From the NCBI GenBank assembly GCA_040754295.1, contig JBFMCQ010000003.1:19381-83380 (forward strand): 64,000 nt of DNA. The letters are read 5' to 3'. The notes beneath the pieces were generated by a model, which searched no databases, was not told the DNA's origin, and saw only the letters and a program-made list of their open reading frames with translations. This DNA is from Pseudomonadota bacterium. GTDB lineage: Bacteria > Pseudomonadota > Gammaproteobacteria > Nevskiales > Nevskiaceae. Below, in pieces: positions 60,885 through 64,000 of this stretch. The position numbers and the translations under genes are program-made. Each line of letters begins with the position of its first letter. Within the stretch, counting starts at the first letter, position 1.

Positions 60885-62228
60885 ATGAACGATTCACCCG
60901 CTGCCGCACTGCCGACGCCCGAGTCCCTCGAACGCTGCATTCAGCTCGCGCTCGATGCGGCGCGTGCCGGCGGGGCGACGCAGGCGGAGGCGAGCGTCGC
61001 GGCGAGCCGCGGGCTGACGGTGAACGTGCGCAAGGGCGAGGTCGAGAGCCTGGAGTTCCAGCAGGACCGCGACCTCGGCGTGACCGTCTATCTCGGCAAG
61101 CGCAAGGGCAGTGCGACGACCGGTGATCTGGGCGACGCCGGCATCCGCAGCGCGGTCGCGGCCGCGCTGGACATCGCGCGCGCGACCGGCGAGGACCCGT
61201 GCAACGGTCTCGCCGACGCGGAGCTGATGGCGCGCGAGTTTCCGGACCTCGACCTGGATCATCCCTGGGACCTGCACGCCGACGCGGCGATCGATCTCGC
61301 CGCCGCCTGCGAGGCGGCGGCGTTCGCCGCCGACGCGCGCATCACCGGCAGCGAAGGCGCGAGCCTGTCCAGCCACCGCGGGCGCACCGTCTACGCCAAC
61401 ACGCACGGCTTCGTCGGCCTGCGCACCGGCACCAATCACAGCCTCAGCTGCGCCGTCGTCGCCACGCACGGCGACGAGATGCAGCGCGACTACTGGTACA
61501 GCAGCGCGCGCAAGCCCGCCGAGCTCATGGACGCACAGGCGCTCGGCCGCAAGGCCGGAGAGCGCGCCGCGGCACGGCTCGGCGCGCGCCGGCCGGGCAC
61601 CTGTGCGGTGCCGGTGCTGTTTCCGCCGGAGCTGGCGCGCGGCTTCTGGGGCCATCTGCTCGGCGCGATCTCCGGCACCTCGCTGTACCGCAAGTCGAGC
61701 TTTCTGCTCGACAAGCTCGGCCAGGCGGTGTGCGCCCCGATCGTGACGCTGGAGCAGAAGCCGTTCCTACGCGGCGCTGCCGGCAGCGCCGCCTACGACC
61801 AGGAGGGCGTGGCCACGCGCGAGCGCACGCTGGTCGAGGCCGGCGTGCTGCAGGGCTGGCTGCTCGGCAGCTACTCAGCGCGCAAGCTCGGCCTGCAGAC
61901 CACCGGCAACGCCGGCGGTGTCTTCAACCTCATCGTCCGCCCGGGCGCGGACGACTTCGACGGGCTGCTGCGGCGCATGCACCGCGGCCTGCTGCTGACC
62001 GAGCTGCTCGGCCAGGGCGTCAACCTGGTCACCGGCGACTACTCGCGTGGCGCCGCCGGCTTCTGGGTCGAGAACGGTGCGATCGCCTACCCGGTCGAGG
62101 AGCTGACGATCGCCGGCAATCTCGCGGACATGCTCAAAGGCATCGTCGCTATCGGTAGCGACGTCGATCCGCTGGCGAACGTGCGCACCGGGTCGGTGCT
62201 GATCGAGCAGATGCAGATCGCGGGCTGA
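60885..62228 (+). CDS. pmbA: Metalloprotease PmbA (TldE)
   Basis: This is an internal ATG within track ORF 60300..62228 and gives 447 aa. ...GVTVYLGKRKGSATT...LVTGDYSRGAAGFWVENGAIAYPVEELTIAGNL... is typical of PmbA/TldD-family proteins. Confidence 0.9.
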   Translation: MNDSPAAALPTPESLERCIQLALDAARAGGATQAEASVAASRGLTVNVRKGEVESLEFQQDRDLGVTVYLGKRKGSATTGDLGDAGIRSAVAAALDIARATGEDPCNGLADAELMAREFPDLDLDHPWDLHADAAIDLAAACEAAAFAADARITGSEGASLSSHRGRTVYANTHGFVGLRTGTNHSLSCAVVATHGDEMQRDYWYSSARKPAELMDAQALGRKAGERAAARLGARRPGTCAVPVLFPPELARGFWGHLLGAISGTSLYRKSSFLLDKLGQAVCAPIVTLEQKPFLRGAAGSAAYDQEGVATRERTLVEAGVLQGWLLGSYSARKLGLQTTGNAGGVFNLIVRPGADDFDGLLRRMHRGLLLTELLGQGVNLVTGDYSRGAAGFWVENGAIAYPVEELTIAGNLADMLKGIVAIGSDVDPLANVRTGSVLIEQMQIAG

Positions 62229-62249
62229 GCGCCCGGCGGCACACGAGCC

Positions 62250-62708
62250 CTACAGCAGCCTGCGGTACAGCACGATGCGCCAGACCTCGTCGAAGCCGAG
62301 CCGCTGCCAGTAGGCCTGCGCGTCGGTGTCCTCGAGCTCGGCGTCGCAGGCCATTTCGCGGCAGCCGGCCTGGCGGAACCACTCCACGGCGCGCTCGACC
62401 AGCGCGCGGCCGACGCCCCGGCCGCGCAGCTCCGAGCGCACGTACAGGCCTTCGATGTAGCCGACCGGCGAGCCATCGCAGCCGTCGACGATGTTGCGCT
62501 GCGAGACTTCCACGAAACCGGCCAGCTTGCCGTCGCCGGACAGCGCCACGAGGCAGGCCTGATCGGGCGCGGAATGGATCGCCGCCATCTCGCGCTCGTG
62601 CTCGGCGTCGTCGAGCCCGGTATACAGCGAGTTGCGCAGCCGTTTCCATTGCGGGAACAGCTCGGGAGTCACCACGCCCAGACTCAGCTCGCTCCGGTCG
62701 CTGCTCAT
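62250..62708 (-). CDS. GNAT-family N-acetyltransferase, AAC(6')-I-like
   Basis: This is an internal start (MSSDRSELSLGVV...) and gives 152 aa. ...GYIEGLYVRSELRGRGVGRALVERAVEWFRQAGCREMACDAELEDTDAQAYWQRLGFDEV... resembles the remembered AAC(6')-I C-terminal pattern. Confidence 0.75.
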   Translation of the reverse strand: MSSDRSELSLGVVTPELFPQWKRLRNSLYTGLDDAEHEREMAAIHSAPDQACLVALSGDGKLAGFVEVSQRNIVDGCDGSPVGYIEGLYVRSELRGRGVGRALVERAVEWFRQAGCREMACDAELEDTDAQAYWQRLGFDEVWRIVLYRRLL

Positions 62709-62824
62709 GATCCATCGGTCTCCTTGGCCGCGACGACGTAGCAGGATAACCGCGAAGGCCGGTGCGCCGCGAGGGCGCCTGAGTGAACCGACCACAGCGT
62801 GACGCCGCCGCCGGCGCCGTCGAT

Positions 62825-63000
62825 GCCGCCTGGCCGTGCAACTGCATTGCCGACAGGCTGATTGCGTCGACATCGGTCGCACCTGAGACCGCCGCCACCG
62901 CGTAGAGCCAGGCGCTGCCCAGCCTTTCGTCGACTGCGGCGGCGATCACCCGCACAAGCGCAAACAGCAGCGCGAAGCTCAACGCGCCGAGTGGTCGGCG
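62825..63000 (-). pseudogene. Fragment of a MgtC/DUF4010-type membrane protein gene
   Basis: The minus-strand translation RPLGALSFALLFALVRVIAAAVDERLGSAWLYAVAAVSGATDVDAISLSAMQLHG contains the DUF4010-like motif SG.ADVDAITLS. Only about 55 codons are recognisable, and they sit inside an otherwise implausible 338-aa track ORF. Confidence 0.35.
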
Positions 63001-63118
63001 GGATTCGTCAGGTCCAGCGGCGGGCGGCCGCTCGGCGCTGCGGCTGTGTTCGCGTAGCTTGGACTCCGGATCAGGCTTTCGGCTTTTCCGGATGACGGGC
63101 CAAGCTGAGACTCGAGCC

Positions 63119-63358
63119 TCATTCACAATCAAGTGGTTCGACGAGCCCCAGGCTGACGGCCGCACGGACAGCTTGCGGGCGCGTGGTCACATCGAGCTTT
63201 TGATAGATCCGGCGGATATAGGTATAGACCGTGCTGACGCGGATATTCAGGCGAGCCGCTATCGCCCGCGCCGTCATACCATCCGCCAGCAGACGCAGCA
63301 CGGCATGTTCCCGATCGGACAGGATTGCCGCCTGTAAAACGTCTCGCGACGTATTCAT
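63119..63358 (-). CDS. LuxR/GerE-type HTH regulator, DNA-binding domain only (solo)
   Basis: I chose the internal start MNTSRDVLQAAILSDREHAVLRLLADGMTARAIAARLNIRVSTVYTYIRRIYQKLDV..., which gives 79 aa. No receiver or autoinducer-binding domain is present. Confidence 0.75.
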   Translation of the reverse strand: MNTSRDVLQAAILSDREHAVLRLLADGMTARAIAARLNIRVSTVYTYIRRIYQKLDVTTRPQAVRAAVSLGLVEPLDCE

Positions 63359-63624
63359 GCAGTCTTCCCCCCTATGGGTCTGCGGCCGACAGATCGGCAG
63401 CGCTGGCGCTGCGATCATTCTGCCGCCAGCTTGCCGGGCCTCCGGTCCATTCGCAAGGCCTTTACCGCGGGGCGTCCAACCCTAACGGCAAAGTCTTACG
63501 GTGCACTGATCCGGTGTCCGGCGTGGGACTGTGAGCTTCGTCACGCCTTGTCCTCAATATTGGGGACGCGGGCGCGCCGAGAAGTTCGCTACCGTCTGCT
63601 CCAGGTGTCAGGGAGCGGCAAGCG

Positions 63625-64000
63625 GTGTCGACACTGTTTCGCAATGAGGTGCTTGAGTCGCGGGGTCACTCGCTGTTTGGCGGCATCGTCGTGCCCACGA
63701 CGTGCGTCAGCACGGTGTTTGCTGCCGCTGCCCTCCTGGCAGCGGCTGGGGTGCTGGTGCTGATCAGCTTTGGGTCGTACGCCTCCAAGGTTGCCGTTCC
63801 GGGCTACCTTGTTCCGACCGCGGGCCTCGCACACGTCGTGCCGGGGCGCTCCGGCGTCGTCGAACGCGTACTTGTTCGGGAGAGCGACGTCGTCGAGGCA
63901 GGGACGCCGTTGTTCGTCGTCGGGTCGCAGCGCGTCACGCCCGGACGCTCCGCGGATGTCGATTCCGTGCAAATCGAACGCCTCAGTCTGGACCGGGCGG
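63625..64000 (+). CDS. HlyD/CvaA-family type I secretion membrane-fusion protein, N-terminal part (runs off the window)
   Basis: I translated from the GTG at 63625, the first start codon after the in-frame stop at 63532, with GGGAG 9 nt upstream: MSTLFRNEVLESRGHSLFGGIVVPTTCVSTVFAAAALLAAAGVLVLISFGSYASKVAVPGYLVP...VRESDVVEAGTPLFVV. LFR.E.LE is the hallmark N-terminus of CvaA-like bacteriocin/peptide export adaptors. Confidence 0.7.
   Translation, partial: MSTLFRNEVLESRGHSLFGGIVVPTTCVSTVFAAAALLAAAGVLVLISFGSYASKVAVPGYLVPTAGLAHVVPGRSGVVERVLVRESDVVEAGTPLFVVGSQRVTPGRSADVDSVQIERLSLDRA

Noticed and set aside
63359-63624. Small ORFs in the LuxR-HlyD spacer (for example 63374..63763 and 63325..63534) as candidate bacteriocin precursors
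   Set aside because: They overlap the LuxR or HlyD genes in other frames. They lack a double-glycine leader or any peptide-like features, and they have no SD.

Overview
This is a very GC-rich chromosomal segment, judged by eye at about two-thirds to 70% GC (not computed). Gene order looks gammaproteobacterial: lptD-surA-pdxA-rsmA diverges from amgK-murU, and djlA, glnE, ilvE-hldE and pmbA are present. All family calls rest on my own reading of the six-frame translations and on remembered motifs. No searches were run. Left to right, the window holds the following. (1) Small membrane-protein genes, an amidase pseudogene and glnE. (2) A roughly 10 kb LPS-core or surface-glycan locus with five GT4 glycosyltransferases, a GT9 heptosyltransferase, an FkbM methyltransferase, a sulfotransferase and an AsnB-like amidotransferase, next to ilvE-hldE. 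(3) A small regulator and transporter block. (4) A protein-scavenging block with M28 and S9 peptidases and a POT transporter. (5) Two tandem Lys-C-like serine proteases that each end in a poly-Gly + TM + basic (GlyGly-CTERM-like) tail. (6) A divergently transcribed 1377-aa P-type ATPase whose N-terminal third looks like a degenerate second ATPase module. (7) A czcCBA efflux operon preceded by a His/Asp-rich small protein. (8) A stretch of gene debris around djlA. (9) A TonB2-type ExbB/ExbD/TonB cluster. (10) An Opp/Dpp-like ABC importer. (11) Housekeeping genes. (12) At the right edge, a GNAT gene, a gene remnant, a LuxR solo and the start of a CvaA/HlyD-type secretion adaptor. I found no tRNA, rRNA, CRISPR array, intact IS element or integrase. 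Many long ORFs in the track are GC-driven shadow ORFs.
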